Positions 10,024-20,813 are shown, counted from the first letter of the stretch. The stretch: 53,666 nt of DNA from Thermotogota bacterium (GCA_051748045.1 JBNJGY010000007.1:1-53666); one strand, 5' to 3'. A program made the numbers and translations. Notes: a model not told the origin generated them from the sequence alone.

Positions 10024-11895
10024 ATGAGTTATGATGAAAAATATGACATAATAGTAGTTGGAGCCGGACATGCAGGAATAGAAGCTGCAGTAGCTGCTGC
10101 TAAAATGAATAAAAATGTTTTAATTTTGAATATAAATTTAGATTCTGTAGGTTGGACTCCTTGTAACCCCGCGATTGGAGGACCAGCTAAAGGTATAGTA
10201 ACAAGAGAAATTGATGCTTTAGGCGGCGTACAAGCTTCTGTCGCAGATAAAACTATGATAAACGTAAGAATGCTCAATACTTCAAAAGGAATTGCAGTAA
10301 GAGCTATGAGAGCACAAATAGATAAGTATGAATATTCTTTAGAAATGAAAAAAATATTAGAACAAACAAAAGGAATAACTCTAAGGTATGGTATTGCAAA
10401 AGAAATTTTAGCAGAAAAAAATAAAGTTATTGGATTAAAAACAGAATTAGGAATTGAATACTATTCTAACTCTATTATAATAACTACTGGTACTTATTTG
10501 AAAGGAAAAATATATATTGGAAGAAAAACATTTGAAGCTGGAAGAATGGGAGATTTATCTTCTAATATTTTAAGTGAATCTTTAAAATCATTAGGTTTAC
10601 AAATGCAAAGATTTAAAACTGGAACACCTGCAAGAGTTAAAAAGTCATCAATAGATTTTTCTAAGTTACTAGAACAAAAAACTTCAGAAGATCCATTATC
10701 TTTTTCTTATTTTTCAGATAGAAAAGTTTTATCATCAGATTATCCTTGCTTTATAGGAAGAACAAATGAAACCACACATAAAGTAATAAAAGATAACATT
10801 AGCTTTTCTCCTTTATATGGAGATGTGAAACTAATTGAGTCAAAAGGCCCACGATATTGTCCATCTATTGAAGATAAAGTTATGAAATTTGAAAAAAATT
10901 CTCATCAAATATTTTTAGAGCCTGAATCAAAAATGTCAGAGGAATATTATATAAATGGAATGAGTACTAGTTTACCTTATGAATCTCAATTAGAAATGCT
11001 AAAAACTATACCTGGACTAGAAAATGTAGTCATCGAAAGGCCTGCTTATGCAGTTGAATATGATTTTGTTCTGCCACATCAATTAAAACATACTCTAGAA
11101 ACAAAAATTATTGAAGGTTTATATTTAGCTGGACAAATAAATGGAACATCAGGTTATGAAGAAGCAGCTGGTCAAGGATTAATTGCGGGTATAAATGCTT
11201 CATTGAAACAAGATAATAAAGAACCTTTTATTTTGGATAGATCAGAAAGCTATATTGGAGTATTAATTGATGATATAATTACAAAAAGTGTAGATGAACC
11301 CTATAGGTTATTAACTTCAAGAGCAGAATATAGATTACATTTAAGACATGATAATTCTCATTTTAGGTTATATAAATATGCAGAAAAATATAACCTTTTA
11401 TCAGAAAAAAAATTACAAAAAATTAAAAACGATGAAAAAAGAGCTAATGAAAAAATAGAAGAATTAAAAAAAATTAAAATAACTCCTGAAAAAATAAATG
11501 ACTATTTGAAATCTAAAAATTCTGGATTAATAAAAAGTAGAACTCCTTTAGGAGATTTACTAAAAAGACCAGAAGTCTTGTACACGGAAATATCTTCTCA
11601 TGATGAAAAACCATTAGATCCAGTTAAGGATTATCAAATAATTGAACAAGTTGAAATAAAATATAAATACAGTGGTTATTTAAAGAAAATGGAAGAAGAA
11701 ATAGAAAAAATGAAAGAAATGGAAAATATTAAAATTCCAGAAAAATTTGATTATGATAAAATTCATAATTTAGCTTTCGAAGCTAAGGAAAAACTAAAAA
11801 AAATAAAACCTGAAAGTTTAGGTCAAATCAAAAGAATTCCTGGAATAAATCCAACAGATATAATTAACATATCAATAGCTTTAAAAAATAGATAA
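10024..11895 (+). CDS. mnmG: tRNA uridine-5-carboxymethylaminomethyl modification enzyme MnmG (GidA)
   Basis: [68 protein letters not shown]. Confidence 0.98.
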   Translation: MSYDEKYDIIVVGAGHAGIEAAVAAAKMNKNVLILNINLDSVGWTPCNPAIGGPAKGIVTREIDALGGVQASVADKTMINVRMLNTSKGIAVRAMRAQIDKYEYSLEMKKILEQTKGITLRYGIAKEILAEKNKVIGLKTELGIEYYSNSIIITTGTYLKGKIYIGRKTFEAGRMGDLSSNILSESLKSLGLQMQRFKTGTPARVKKSSIDFSKLLEQKTSEDPLSFSYFSDRKVLSSDYPCFIGRTNETTHKVIKDNISFSPLYGDVKLIESKGPRYCPSIEDKVMKFEKNSHQIFLEPESKMSEEYYINGMSTSLPYESQLEMLKTIPGLENVVIERPAYAVEYDFVLPHQLKHTLETKIIEGLYLAGQINGTSGYEEAAGQGLIAGINASLKQDNKEPFILDRSESYIGVLIDDIITKSVDEPYRLLTSRAEYRLHLRHDNSHFRLYKYAEKYNLLSEKKLQKIKNDEKRANEKIEELKKIKITPEKINDYLKSKNSGLIKSRTPLGDLLKRPEVLYTEISSHDEKPLDPVKDYQIIEQVEIKYKYSGYLKKMEEEIEKMKEMENIKIPEKFDYDKIHNLAFEAKEKLKKIKPESLGQIKRIPGINPTDIINISIALKNR

Positions 11896-11899
11896 TAAA

Positions 11900-11923
11900 A
11901 ATGCGGGCTTTTAAGCCCGCATT
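11900..11923. terminator. Hairpin terminator between convergent genes
   Basis: AATGCGGGCTT-TT-AAGCCCGCATT. Confidence 0.8.
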
Positions 11924-11949
11924 AATTTATAATTACTATAAAATTTAGT

Positions 11950-13104
11950 TTATTCTGCTACTGTATATTTAAATACTATTGGATCTCCAGATTCATCAGC
12001 ACCAAAATTTGTTGATGTTGAGTATCCAACCATGTATAAATTTCCATTGTTGTCTATATCAATTGAATAAGCAATATCGTCACCATTTCCACCAACAACT
12101 TCGTGAGAAAGGATTTCTCCTTCTGAGCTATATTCAACTAATAACATATCAAAATTATCATGGTCTTCAGGAGTTGTATAACCAGCGACATAAATATTTC
12201 CATTTTTAGCAACTTTTACTGAATAAGCATGATCACTTTCGTCTTGACCAAATTCACTTTCCCATAAAATTTCTCCATCATGTCCAACTTTTGTTAAGTA
12301 AAAATCTGACCAACCTTTGTCCCAAGAACCATTGTAACCTGCAACTACATATCCATCTTTTGTTTCTTGCACATCAAATCCTCTTGCGTAATCTCTACCA
12401 GTAAATGTTTTTGTCCAAATTTCTTCACCTGACAAGTTTACTTTTGTCAAATAAACTTCTGTTATACCAGAGAAAAAGTTGATTTTAGTACCAGCAATTA
12501 TGAAATTACCATCTGTAGTTAATTGAATAGAAAGTGGTTTAATATCTATTCCAGGTTCTGATCCTGGAAGCCATTTAGTCCATTCTACTTCATTATTTGT
12601 TTTGTTAATTTTGATTAATTTTCCATCCATATTTAAGGTTTCTGGATTTGAACCGTAACCAACAACTATATAAGAATCACCTAATTCTAAACCAGCTGTA
12701 CCTTTTTCTACACCAAAGTTTTTAATTGGTTTTGAAAAAGAATTTTTACCATTCTTAGAGATCATGATATCAAAATCATAACTGAAAGAATTTGAAGATC
12801 CTATAGATACTAAATCACCATCATGAGATTCAAAACCCCATAAAGCCCAATCATCATTGTATCCACCAGAAACATTTGTGTCTAAAATGTTTCCATTTTC
12901 TCCAATTTTCATAGTTAACATGTCTTCATCTACATTACTTTCGTTAGTATAACCAAATAAGTAAACCCCTTCATTTGTTGCATCAGCATAGAAAATTTGT
13001 TGTTCTCCATCCATTGGATAAACTCTTCCCCAATCAAGGGTTGGTGCAGCTATAACTGCTAATGCTGATAAAATCATAAATGCCATAATTAGCTTTGACT
13101 TCAT
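11950..13104 (-). CDS. Secreted beta-propeller repeat protein (SBBP-like)
   Basis: Signal peptide; repeated units such as WTKTFTGRDYARGFDV..DGYVVAG, WESEFGQDESDHAYSV..NGNIYVAG and GGNGDDIAYSI..NGNLYMVG. Confidence 0.8.
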   Translation of the reverse strand: MKSKLIMAFMILSALAVIAAPTLDWGRVYPMDGEQQIFYADATNEGVYLFGYTNESNVDEDMLTMKIGENGNILDTNVSGGYNDDWALWGFESHDGDLVSIGSSNSFSYDFDIMISKNGKNSFSKPIKNFGVEKGTAGLELGDSYIVVGYGSNPETLNMDGKLIKINKTNNEVEWTKWLPGSEPGIDIKPLSIQLTTDGNFIIAGTKINFFSGITEVYLTKVNLSGEEIWTKTFTGRDYARGFDVQETKDGYVVAGYNGSWDKGWSDFYLTKVGHDGEILWESEFGQDESDHAYSVKVAKNGNIYVAGYTTPEDHDNFDMLLVEYSSEGEILSHEVVGGNGDDIAYSIDIDNNGNLYMVGYSTSTNFGADESGDPIVFKYTVAE

Positions 13105-13198
13105 TCTTATCCCTCCTACCTTTAAAAAATAATATCCATAGTAATTATAACATAAAAAAGAAAAATAAAAACAAATTTAATTATAAAAACCTTGAAAT

Positions 13199-14599
13199 TT
13201 AGATATTTTTGATAATGTTTTTGAAATTTTCAAGCTCATTTTTATTCTTGAATTTTAGAAAAATTAATACTTGTTCATCGTTAATTGAAAAAATATCTAT
13301 GTATAAATCATCAATAGAGCTTTTAAAATCTTTTGTACGAGATTTTATATATTCTTTTATAGAAGATATATTGTTATCAAAATAACTGTTTCTAATATCT
13401 TTTATGCATTCAGAATTAATTTCTAAATTTTCTATCATTTCAACATGAGACTTACTCATATCTATTTTATCATAAAACACAAAATTCATATCTTTCAAGT
13501 TATGAATAGAAATATATTCTGGTAATCTTATATAATCATAATATTTATTATATAAAAATAAAAATAAATCTAATTTATTTTCATGTTTTTTACCTCTAAG
13601 AAAATCATTTTCAAACTCTCTTTTTGCTAAAATTTGATTAATAAATGTGAAGACATCAGTTTCATAAGATGATTTTTTTGAAAATTTTTCTAAAAGAGGA
13701 ATTTTTGAAAATAAAATATCATTATAATTTATTTTTGAATAATAATATATGACCAAGAATAAAATAAACAAGCTAGAAAAGCCTAGCAATAATAAATTAT
13801 AATAATTATTATTGTATTGATTGTATGCATATAAATTTGAATTTAAAAATGAAATAGGGCTAGAAATGTAATGGTCAGTAAATGTAGAATTAATATTTAG
13901 ATCTTTCATTTTATTATTATCTATTGGCAAAAAATCAATTTCTAGCAAATCAGATTTATTTATAATAGTTAATTCTGTATCTATCATTGCTAATTTTATT
14001 TCATATAGAATAAAACCTAAACTATTATCAGTAAAATTACCTGCTCTCAATTCTCTATTTTTAGTTGCCAAGTACATATATTTATTATTTTCAAATTCAA
14101 AAATATCTGAAGTAGCAAAAACTGAATTATTAGATAATTTCAACATGACTTTATTGGCTAAATCTTTATTAATAGGTTCTTCTAAATAAGGGGATAATTT
14201 ATCAAAATTATTATTGTATATATAAAATTTATTCAAATAATCATCAAAATATACTTCATCAAGATAATTTTTATACCTATCATGAAATTGAACATAAGTT
14301 TTTATATTATCTGAAATCATTAAACCGTTTTTTAAAGCGCTAATTTCTCCAATATCCATAAGGTTTAACTGTCTATCTAATATATTATGTATAGTTGAAG
14401 AATTAATATCAGAAGCCATTGTGTAAATACTATTTTGTATATTTTCAAGATAATTCTCTAAATATTTTTTTTCAGATAAAAAATTATCTTTATAATTATT
14501 TTTTACCTGATTCTGAAAAAATAATATTATCAAAAGAGTCATGATAAAAAATATCGTAAAAAGAATATAGAATGTATTTTTTTTCTTGATTTTAACCAC
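13199..14599 (-). CDS. Hypothetical 2-TM membrane protein with extracytoplasmic (Cache-like?) domain
   Basis: Two hydrophobic segments flanking ~240 aa. The ORF-track start 14668 lies inside the dnaK terminator; GAGGTG RBS at 14597-14602 suggests a start at GTG 14599 or ATC 14590. Confidence 0.65.
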   Translation of the reverse strand: MVKIKKKNTFYILFTIFFIMTLLIILFFQNQVKNNYKDNFLSEKKYLENYLENIQNSIYTMASDINSSTIHNILDRQLNLMDIGEISALKNGLMISDNIKTYVQFHDRYKNYLDEVYFDDYLNKFYIYNNNFDKLSPYLEEPINKDLANKVMLKLSNNSVFATSDIFEFENNKYMYLATKNRELRAGNFTDNSLGFILYEIKLAMIDTELTIINKSDLLEIDFLPIDNNKMKDLNINSTFTDHYISSPISFLNSNLYAYNQYNNNYYNLLLLGFSSLFILFLVIYYYSKINYNDILFSKIPLLEKFSKKSSYETDVFTFINQILAKREFENDFLRGKKHENKLDLFLFLYNKYYDYIRLPEYISIHNLKDMNFVFYDKIDMSKSHVEMIENLEINSECIKDIRNSYFDNNISSIKEYIKSRTKDFKSSIDDLYIDIFSINDEQVLIFLKFKNKNELENFKNIIKNI

Positions 14600-14643
14600 C
14601 TCATTTTCTTTATGTATATTAATTATATCAGATTTGAGGATAT

Positions 14644-14675
14644 AAAAAAATAGCGTGGTAAAAACCACGCTATTT
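14644..14675 (-). terminator. Intrinsic terminator after dnaK
   Basis: AAATAGCGTGGT / ACCACGCTATTT stem followed by a U-tract on the minus strand. Confidence 0.85.
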
Positions 14676-14685
14676 AAAATGATTA

Positions 14686-16536
14686 TTATTGATTATCTTG
14701 ATCATCTTGTTGATTATTTTCTGGTCCTTGGTCTTGAGGGCCTTGTTCTGGTCCAGCTTGAGGTCCAGGTTCTCCTTGCTGACCCTGTTGTCCGTACATT
14801 TGTTCACCAATTTTCATTGCTTCTTGTTTTAATTCATCCATAACTATTTTAATTTTCCCTATGTTATCTTCTGACAAAGCTTCTCTTAATTCTTTTATTT
14901 TTTCTTGAATTGGACCTTTAACATCCTCTGGAACTTTGTCTCCGTTTTCGTTTAATAATTTTTCTGTTTGATAAGCCATATCTTCTGCCTGATTTTTCAA
15001 TTCAATTTCTTCTTTTTTTCTCTTATCTTGTTCTTCGTATTCTTTTGCATCTTTTATCATTTGTTGTATTTGTTCAGAATCCATTTTTTGTCTTCCAGTA
15101 ACAACCATTGATTGTTGTTTCCCAGTTCCTTTATCTGTTGCAGATACATTTACTATACCATTAGAATCTATATCAAAAGTTACTTCTATTTGTGGGACGC
15201 CTCTTGGTGCTGGTGGTAATCCAGTTAATTTGAAATCACCTAAGAAGAAGTTATCACTTGCTAAAGATCTTTCTCCTTGATAAACTCTAACTTCTACTTC
15301 TGGCTGATAATCTACAGCAGTTGTAAAAGTCTGGGATTTTTTAACTGGTATTTTAGTGTTTCTTTCAATAACAGGTTGCACTAATCCACCTTTAACTTCA
15401 ACACCTAGTGATAAAGGAGTAACGTCAACTAATACTAAGTCTTTATCAGACTTACCTGTCATTATAGCTCCTTGAACAGCAGCACCCATTGCTACAGCTT
15501 CATCTGGATTAACTCCTTTATTGGCATCTTTATTAAAATAAGATTTAACTAATTTTTGAACAGCTGGGATTCTTGTAGAACCTCCGACTAATAACACTTC
15601 ATCAATTTCACTTTTTGAGAGACCAGAGTCTTTTATTGCATTTTCTATTTGAGTTCCTGTAGATTTTATTAAATCGCCAGTTAATTCTTCAAATTTTGCT
15701 CTTGATAATTTTTTTTCTAAATGAACTGGTTGGCCATCAACAACTGTGATAAATGGAAGATTTATTTCTGTTTCAAACTTTGTAGATAATTCAATTTTTG
15801 CTGATTCTGCAGCTTCCTTTAATCTTTGTAAAGCTTGTTTATCACTTGATAAATCTACTCCATTATCTTTTTTAAATTCAGAAACAAAATAATTTATTAA
15901 TCTTTGATCAAAGTCGTCTCCACCTAAAGAATTATTACCCGATGTTGATACAACTTCTATTATATCGTCTCCAATATCTAATATGGAAACATCAAAAGTA
16001 CCTCCACCTAAGTCATAAACTACTACATTTTTATCTCCGTCAGCTGACTTGTCCATACCAAAAGCAATACTAGCAGCTGTAGGTTCATTTATTATTCTTA
16101 AAACTTCTAAACCAGCTATTTCTCCAGCTTCTTTTGTTGCTTGTCTTTGCGCATCGTTGAAATATGCAGGAACTGTAATAACAGCTTGGTTTATTTTTCC
16201 ACCTAAATAATCTTCTGCATCACTAACGAGTTTTTTAAGTATATAAGCAGAAATTTGTTGTGGTGTATATTCTTTTCCGTCTATATTAACAGAATAATCT
16301 TCACCCATATGTCTTTTAATTGATCTGATTGTTTTATCTGAATTTAAAACCGCTTGTCTTTTAGCAGGTTCACCTACTATAATTTCACCATCTTTTGAAA
16401 AAGCTACAATTGATGGTGTTGTTCTTTTTCCTTCTGAGTTTGAAATAACTTCAACATTTCCGTCTGGTTTCATCCAAGAAATTGCTGAGTTAGTTGTTCC
16501 TAAGTCAATTCCTACTACAAATTCTTTTTGACTCAT
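14686..16536 (-). CDS. dnaK: Molecular chaperone DnaK (Hsp70)
   Basis: GIDLGTTNS, TVPAYFND, INEPTAA, YDLGGGTFDVS, LVGGSTRIP, NPDEAVA, APRGVPQIEVTFDID. Confidence 0.99.
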   Translation of the reverse strand: MSQKEFVVGIDLGTTNSAISWMKPDGNVEVISNSEGKRTTPSIVAFSKDGEIIVGEPAKRQAVLNSDKTIRSIKRHMGEDYSVNIDGKEYTPQQISAYILKKLVSDAEDYLGGKINQAVITVPAYFNDAQRQATKEAGEIAGLEVLRIINEPTAASIAFGMDKSADGDKNVVVYDLGGGTFDVSILDIGDDIIEVVSTSGNNSLGGDDFDQRLINYFVSEFKKDNGVDLSSDKQALQRLKEAAESAKIELSTKFETEINLPFITVVDGQPVHLEKKLSRAKFEELTGDLIKSTGTQIENAIKDSGLSKSEIDEVLLVGGSTRIPAVQKLVKSYFNKDANKGVNPDEAVAMGAAVQGAIMTGKSDKDLVLVDVTPLSLGVEVKGGLVQPVIERNTKIPVKKSQTFTTAVDYQPEVEVRVYQGERSLASDNFFLGDFKLTGLPPAPRGVPQIEVTFDIDSNGIVNVSATDKGTGKQQSMVVTGRQKMDSEQIQQMIKDAKEYEEQDKRKKEEIELKNQAEDMAYQTEKLLNENGDKVPEDVKGPIQEKIKELREALSEDNIGKIKIVMDELKQEAMKIGEQMYGQQGQQGEPGPQAGPEQGPQDQGPENNQQDDQDNQ

Positions 16537-16571
16537 GAGAATACCTCCTCGTATTTTATATATTCATTTAT

Positions 16572-16600
16572 ATTATACAAAAAAACTTAAAATATTTCAA
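16572..16600 (-). promoter_or_regulatory. Sigma70-type promoter of dnaK
   Basis: Minus strand TTGAAA (16600-16595), 17 bp, TATAAT (16577-16572). Confidence 0.65.
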
Positions 16601-16742
16601 GTTAAAAAATATTTTAAGAGAATATATATAATACTAAATATAATATAAAAACAGAGTACTAAATCTAAAAGAAATAAAATCTTATATCACTTGTAATGTA
16701 AGAGTGAAAATTATAAAATCATAAAGAAAAAAGAGTTCTATA

Positions 16743-17534
16743 TCACATATAGAACTCTTTTCTTCTGTCTGTCATCACATTATTAAAATCATTTATATTT
16801 TTATTTCTTGATAAATTTAAGTCAACATCAAAAGTTTTTACAATATTTCCACTTTTGCTAAATCTATCAATAACTTCTCCTTTTGGACTGGTCAATTGGC
16901 TCATGCCTGTAAAATTATACTTTATGTCTTTGTTAGTTTCTTCTCCCCATCGATTTGATGTAGCTATAAAAACCCTATTTTCTAAAGATCTGGTTTTATT
17001 TGCTTCTTGACAATGAGGTAGAACAAGATCCGCTGGATGAGCTATTAAATCAGCTCCTAATACGCTTAAAGTTCTAAATGATTCTGGAAAAATCCAGTCA
17101 AAACAAATAGCCATTCCAATATTAAAACCTTTAAATTCTTCTACAAAAAAGCCAGAATCACCAGGGGTAAAAAATAATTTTTCTCTGTAAAACAAATGTA
17201 TTTTTCTATAAATTGAAAAACTTCCGTCAGATTTGATAAAAATAGATGAGTTGAAAAATATATCGTTTGACTTCTCATTAAAACCATAGATAATATTTTT
17301 ATCGTTTTTGATAGCAAAATCTCGGAATTTGGAAATTGAATAAGAAAATTCATCTTTTGGATCCTCGCTAGTATCTTTAACTTCTTGCATATTAGTATAA
17401 GCGTATCCAGTGAATGCTAGCTCAGGGAAAATAATCAAATCTTCTTCTGTGTCTTTAATTAATGAAATAGCGTTTTTTACATTATTTTTTATTTCGAATA
17501 ATTCTGGTTTAAACTGAACTAAACTCAATCTCAT
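16743..17534 (-). CDS. Carbon-nitrogen hydrolase (nitrilase superfamily)
   Basis: Catalytic triad motifs FPEL, YRKIHL, ICFDWIFPE. Confidence 0.92.
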   Translation of the reverse strand: MRLSLVQFKPELFEIKNNVKNAISLIKDTEEDLIIFPELAFTGYAYTNMQEVKDTSEDPKDEFSYSISKFRDFAIKNDKNIIYGFNEKSNDIFFNSSIFIKSDGSFSIYRKIHLFYREKLFFTPGDSGFFVEEFKGFNIGMAICFDWIFPESFRTLSVLGADLIAHPADLVLPHCQEANKTRSLENRVFIATSNRWGEETNKDIKYNFTGMSQLTSPKGEVIDRFSKSGNIVKTFDVDLNLSRNKNINDFNNVMTDRRKEFYM

Positions 17535-18076
17535 TTTTTATACACCCCTTTATTTGTAATTATCATATCTAACTTTTGATCATGTTTTTCTACAGGTAGA
17601 TTTTCTATTATTTGTAAATCAAAGGCTATACCAATTAATTTTGATTTATTAACATTTTTAGATATATATTTATCATAAAAACCTCCGCCATAACCAATTC
17701 TATATTGATGTGGGCTGAAAGCTACTCCTGGGATTAAGAAAAGATCAATATGTCCTTGAAAAACTTTTGTTTTAGGTTCCATTATATTAAAATTCCCTTT
17801 TGAAAAATCGTCAAGGTCTTTTACTAAATGAAAAATCATTTCTTTGCCATGTACTTTTGGGAATAAAAAATTTTTAAAATCTTTATTTTCTTTAAAAATA
17901 TCAAGTAAATCGACTTCATTTTTATATGGATAATACATAGCAATATTTTTTGAATTTTTAAAAAATTCTTCTTGTATAATTTTTTTAATGATGATAGATG
18001 ACATGTTTTCAACTTCATTTTTGCTCAATGATTTTCTTTTGTTAATAATAGATTTTCTTATTTCTTTTTTATTCAT
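17531..18076 (-). CDS. ygfA: 5-formyltetrahydrofolate cyclo-ligase
   Basis: NEVD, IMEP, IPGVAF, RIGYGGGFYD, EKHD. Start moved from 18100 to ATG 18076 (GGAGG RBS). Confidence 0.93.
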   Translation of the reverse strand: MNKKEIRKSIINKRKSLSKNEVENMSSIIIKKIIQEEFFKNSKNIAMYYPYKNEVDLLDIFKENKDFKNFLFPKVHGKEMIFHLVKDLDDFSKGNFNIMEPKTKVFQGHIDLFLIPGVAFSPHQYRIGYGGGFYDKYISKNVNKSKLIGIAFDLQIIENLPVEKHDQKLDMIITNKGVYKK

Positions 18077-18159
18077 TATATCCCTCCATAAAATTAACAT
18101 ATGATATAATTAATATGTACATTTTTATTCTAACATAAGATGTAAAAATATTTGAGAGG

Positions 18160-18990
18160 ATGAGATTTTTGAAATTAGATATGCACATACATTCAAAAGG
18201 TTCTGATGGAACCTATGATTACAAAGAAATAATAGACTTAGCAAAAAAGAAAGAACTCGAAATTTTTTCTATAACAGATCATGATAACTTAAATGTTCAA
18301 AAAGAAGCTTGTGAATATTCAAGAGATAAAAATATTAAATATATACCTGGTGTTGAAATATCTACTGAATATCCAAATATGCTTGATGTTTTAGGTTATG
18401 GAATTGACATTTATAATGATTTATTAAATAAATCTTTAAAAGAAATTCAAGATTATAGAATCAAAAGAAATGATTTAATGGTAGAAAAATTGAATAGTTT
18501 AGGCTTGGCTATTGATTTGTTAGAAGTTAGAAGTGTTGCAGGAAGCGATATAATTGGAAGGCCTCACATAGCTAGGGTAATGATGAATAAGGGATATGTT
18601 AATACAATGGACGAAGCATTTAGTATTTATTTAGGGAATAATAAAAAAGCTTTTGTTCCAAAAATTAAATTAAAGCCTGAAAATGCGATTGAAATTATAA
18701 CAAAAGCTGGAGGTAAAGCTGTATTAGCCCATCCTAAATATATTACTAATTCAAATGATAGATTAAATAGTTTAATAAAAAAATTTAAAGATGCTGGCTT
18801 ATGGGGAATTGAAGCTTATTATAGTAAACACAATCAATCAGACATAGATAAATTTAAAAATCTTGCAAAAAAATATGATCTGAATATTACAGCTGGAAGT
18901 GATTTTCATGGTGATAATAAACCTGAAATAAATTTAGGGATGGAAATACAAGACGAATATTTAAATGAATCAATAAAAAAATTAACATAG
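18160..18990 (+). CDS. PHP-domain metal-dependent phosphoesterase (TrpH/YciV-like)
   Basis: DMHIHS..SDG, ITDHD, GVEIS, GRPHIA, LAHP, GSDFHG. Confidence 0.92.
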   Translation: MRFLKLDMHIHSKGSDGTYDYKEIIDLAKKKELEIFSITDHDNLNVQKEACEYSRDKNIKYIPGVEISTEYPNMLDVLGYGIDIYNDLLNKSLKEIQDYRIKRNDLMVEKLNSLGLAIDLLEVRSVAGSDIIGRPHIARVMMNKGYVNTMDEAFSIYLGNNKKAFVPKIKLKPENAIEIITKAGGKAVLAHPKYITNSNDRLNSLIKKFKDAGLWGIEAYYSKHNQSDIDKFKNLAKKYDLNITAGSDFHGDNKPEINLGMEIQDEYLNESIKKLT

Positions 18991-19007
18991 AATTTTGGGG
19001 GGTTAAT

Positions 19008-19727
19008 ATGAATTTAAATTATCCAGTTATAGTTTTAGGGCAAAAAGGAAAGGTAGATAATTGCTATGAAAATAGTATGAATGGATTTTTGAAATCTATA
19101 GAATACGGAGCTGATGGGATTACTATAGATATAATGCAAATAGCTGATAGTAATCTTATAATATGTAATCCGAATTCAGAAATAGCGAAGAAATTTGATT
19201 TAAAAAATAGAACAACAAAAGAAATTTCAAAATTAAAGTTACCTCATAATCAAAAAATATATTCATTAGAAAAAGCTTATATTAATTTACCTTCAGATAC
19301 TTTAATAAATATTAATGTTTATGAAGAATCAGTAGTATCTCAATTGATTAATTTGATAAATTCATTAGATGTATCTAATAGAACAATGATATCTACGTCT
19401 AATATAGAAGTGATAAAATATCTTTCCGATTTAAATAACGACTTTTTTTACGCTTTTAGAATAAAAGATGAAGATATGGTAAAAGAAGCATTGAAGTTAA
19501 AAAATGATTTACAATTTTATTCTATAAATATTGATTTAGAAGATATAAAAAAATATGGATTTGAAAAATTTAAAGATAAGATTTCTTTAATACAAGAAGA
19601 AAACCTTAAAATAATGATTGAAAATTTTAATGATTATAAGTTATTAGAAGAATTTAAAAACTATATAGATGTAATAGAAACAAAAGAGATAAATAAATGT
19701 ATAGAAATTCTCGAAAAAATATATTAA
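19008..19727 (+). CDS. Glycerophosphodiester phosphodiesterase-like protein, predicted catalytically degenerate
   Basis: GDPD N-terminal pattern (ENSMNGF...YGADGITID) recognisable, but AHRG is GQKG, ExD is TxD and HD is NP. Confidence 0.7.
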   Translation: MNLNYPVIVLGQKGKVDNCYENSMNGFLKSIEYGADGITIDIMQIADSNLIICNPNSEIAKKFDLKNRTTKEISKLKLPHNQKIYSLEKAYINLPSDTLININVYEESVVSQLINLINSLDVSNRTMISTSNIEVIKYLSDLNNDFFYAFRIKDEDMVKEALKLKNDLQFYSINIDLEDIKKYGFEKFKDKISLIQEENLKIMIENFNDYKLLEEFKNYIDVIETKEINKCIEILEKIY

Positions 19728-19739
19728 AGGAGTGAATTT

Positions 19740-20813
19740 ATGTACCCAAAACTAACAATAGATATAGAAAAAATAAAGAGTAATGCAAAAAATGTCATTG
19801 ATAAATGCCACTCTAAAGGTGTAGAAGTCGCTGGAGTAACAAAAGTAATGTGTGGTATGAAAGAAATTGCTGAAGCTTTGATTGATTCGAACTGTGATAT
19901 GATTGCAGATGCAAGAATACAAAATATCATAAAGATGAAAGATAATGGAATAAACTATCCTTTTTTATTATTAAGAATTCCAATGATTTCAGAATTAAAA
20001 AAAGTAGTTGAAAATGTTGATATTACACTTATTAGTGAAATGACAACTATAAAAAAATTATCTCAAATAGCTAAAGAAAAAGACAAAGTGCAAAAAATTA
20101 TTTTTATGATAGATTTAGGAGATTTGCGAGAAGGTGAATGGTATACAAAATCTTTAGAAAAAATAGGAGAAATATTAGATATAGAAAACATAAATTTGAT
20201 AGGGATAGGGAGCAATTTAGGTTGTTTTGGTGGAGTTTTGCCAACAAAAGAAAAAATGCAAATGCTTACCAACATAAAAAAACAAATAAAAGATAAATAT
20301 GACTATGAAATAAAGTACTTGTCCGGCGGAAGTACAGCGGCCCTCCCTTTAGTAGAAGATGATAACTTGACTGAAGGTTTAAATCATTATAGATTAGGTG
20401 AATCGATAATGTGTGGAACTGATGTAACAAATAATAGATTAGTTCAAGGAGCATATCAAGATGCAGTAGTTTTGGAAGCTGAAATTATAGAAATAAAAGA
20501 AAAACCTTCTATTCCAGAAGGTAAAATTGGTTTAGATGCTTTTGGTCGAAAACCACAATTTGAAGATAAAGGTTGGAGGAAAAAATGCATACTTGCAATT
20601 GGAGAGCAAGACATTAACCCTGGTGGTTTAATTCCATTTGATGAAAAAATTCAAGTGTTGCATGCCAGTTCAGATCATACAATAATTGATATAACAGAAT
20701 GTGAAAAGAAATATGAAATAGGAGACATATTAAAATTCAAACTTAGCTATTCATCTCTATTAAAATCAACAACTAGTGATTATGTAAAAAAAGAAATAAT
20801 CAATAAAAAATAG
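19740..20813 (+). CDS. PLP-dependent Lys/Orn racemase (alanine-racemase fold III, Orr-like)
   Basis: MYPKLTID, GVTK (PLP Lys), LLRIPM, DLGDLREG, NLGCFGG, SGG, RLGE, GEQD, ASSDH. Confidence 0.85.
   Translation: MYPKLTIDIEKIKSNAKNVIDKCHSKGVEVAGVTKVMCGMKEIAEALIDSNCDMIADARIQNIIKMKDNGINYPFLLLRIPMISELKKVVENVDITLISEMTTIKKLSQIAKEKDKVQKIIFMIDLGDLREGEWYTKSLEKIGEILDIENINLIGIGSNLGCFGGVLPTKEKMQMLTNIKKQIKDKYDYEIKYLSGGSTAALPLVEDDNLTEGLNHYRLGESIMCGTDVTNNRLVQGAYQDAVVLEAEIIEIKEKPSIPEGKIGLDAFGRKPQFEDKGWRKKCILAIGEQDINPGGLIPFDEKIQVLHASSDHTIIDITECEKKYEIGDILKFKLSYSSLLKSTTSDYVKKEIINKK

Noticed and set aside
14686-16536. dnaK without hrcA/grpE/dnaJ neighbours
   Set aside because: Separation of dnaK from grpE-dnaJ is already known in Thermotogota; used only as a taxonomic hint.
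16684-16710. CIRCE-like ATATCACTT-N9-GAGTGAAAA upstream of dnaK
   Set aside because: Correct spacing but only 13/18 match and ~85 bp upstream of the -35 box, so too weak to call.
18077-18159. 6S RNA upstream of ygfA
   Set aside because: Gap is only ~83 bp of AT-rich divergent promoter sequence, too short and unstructured.
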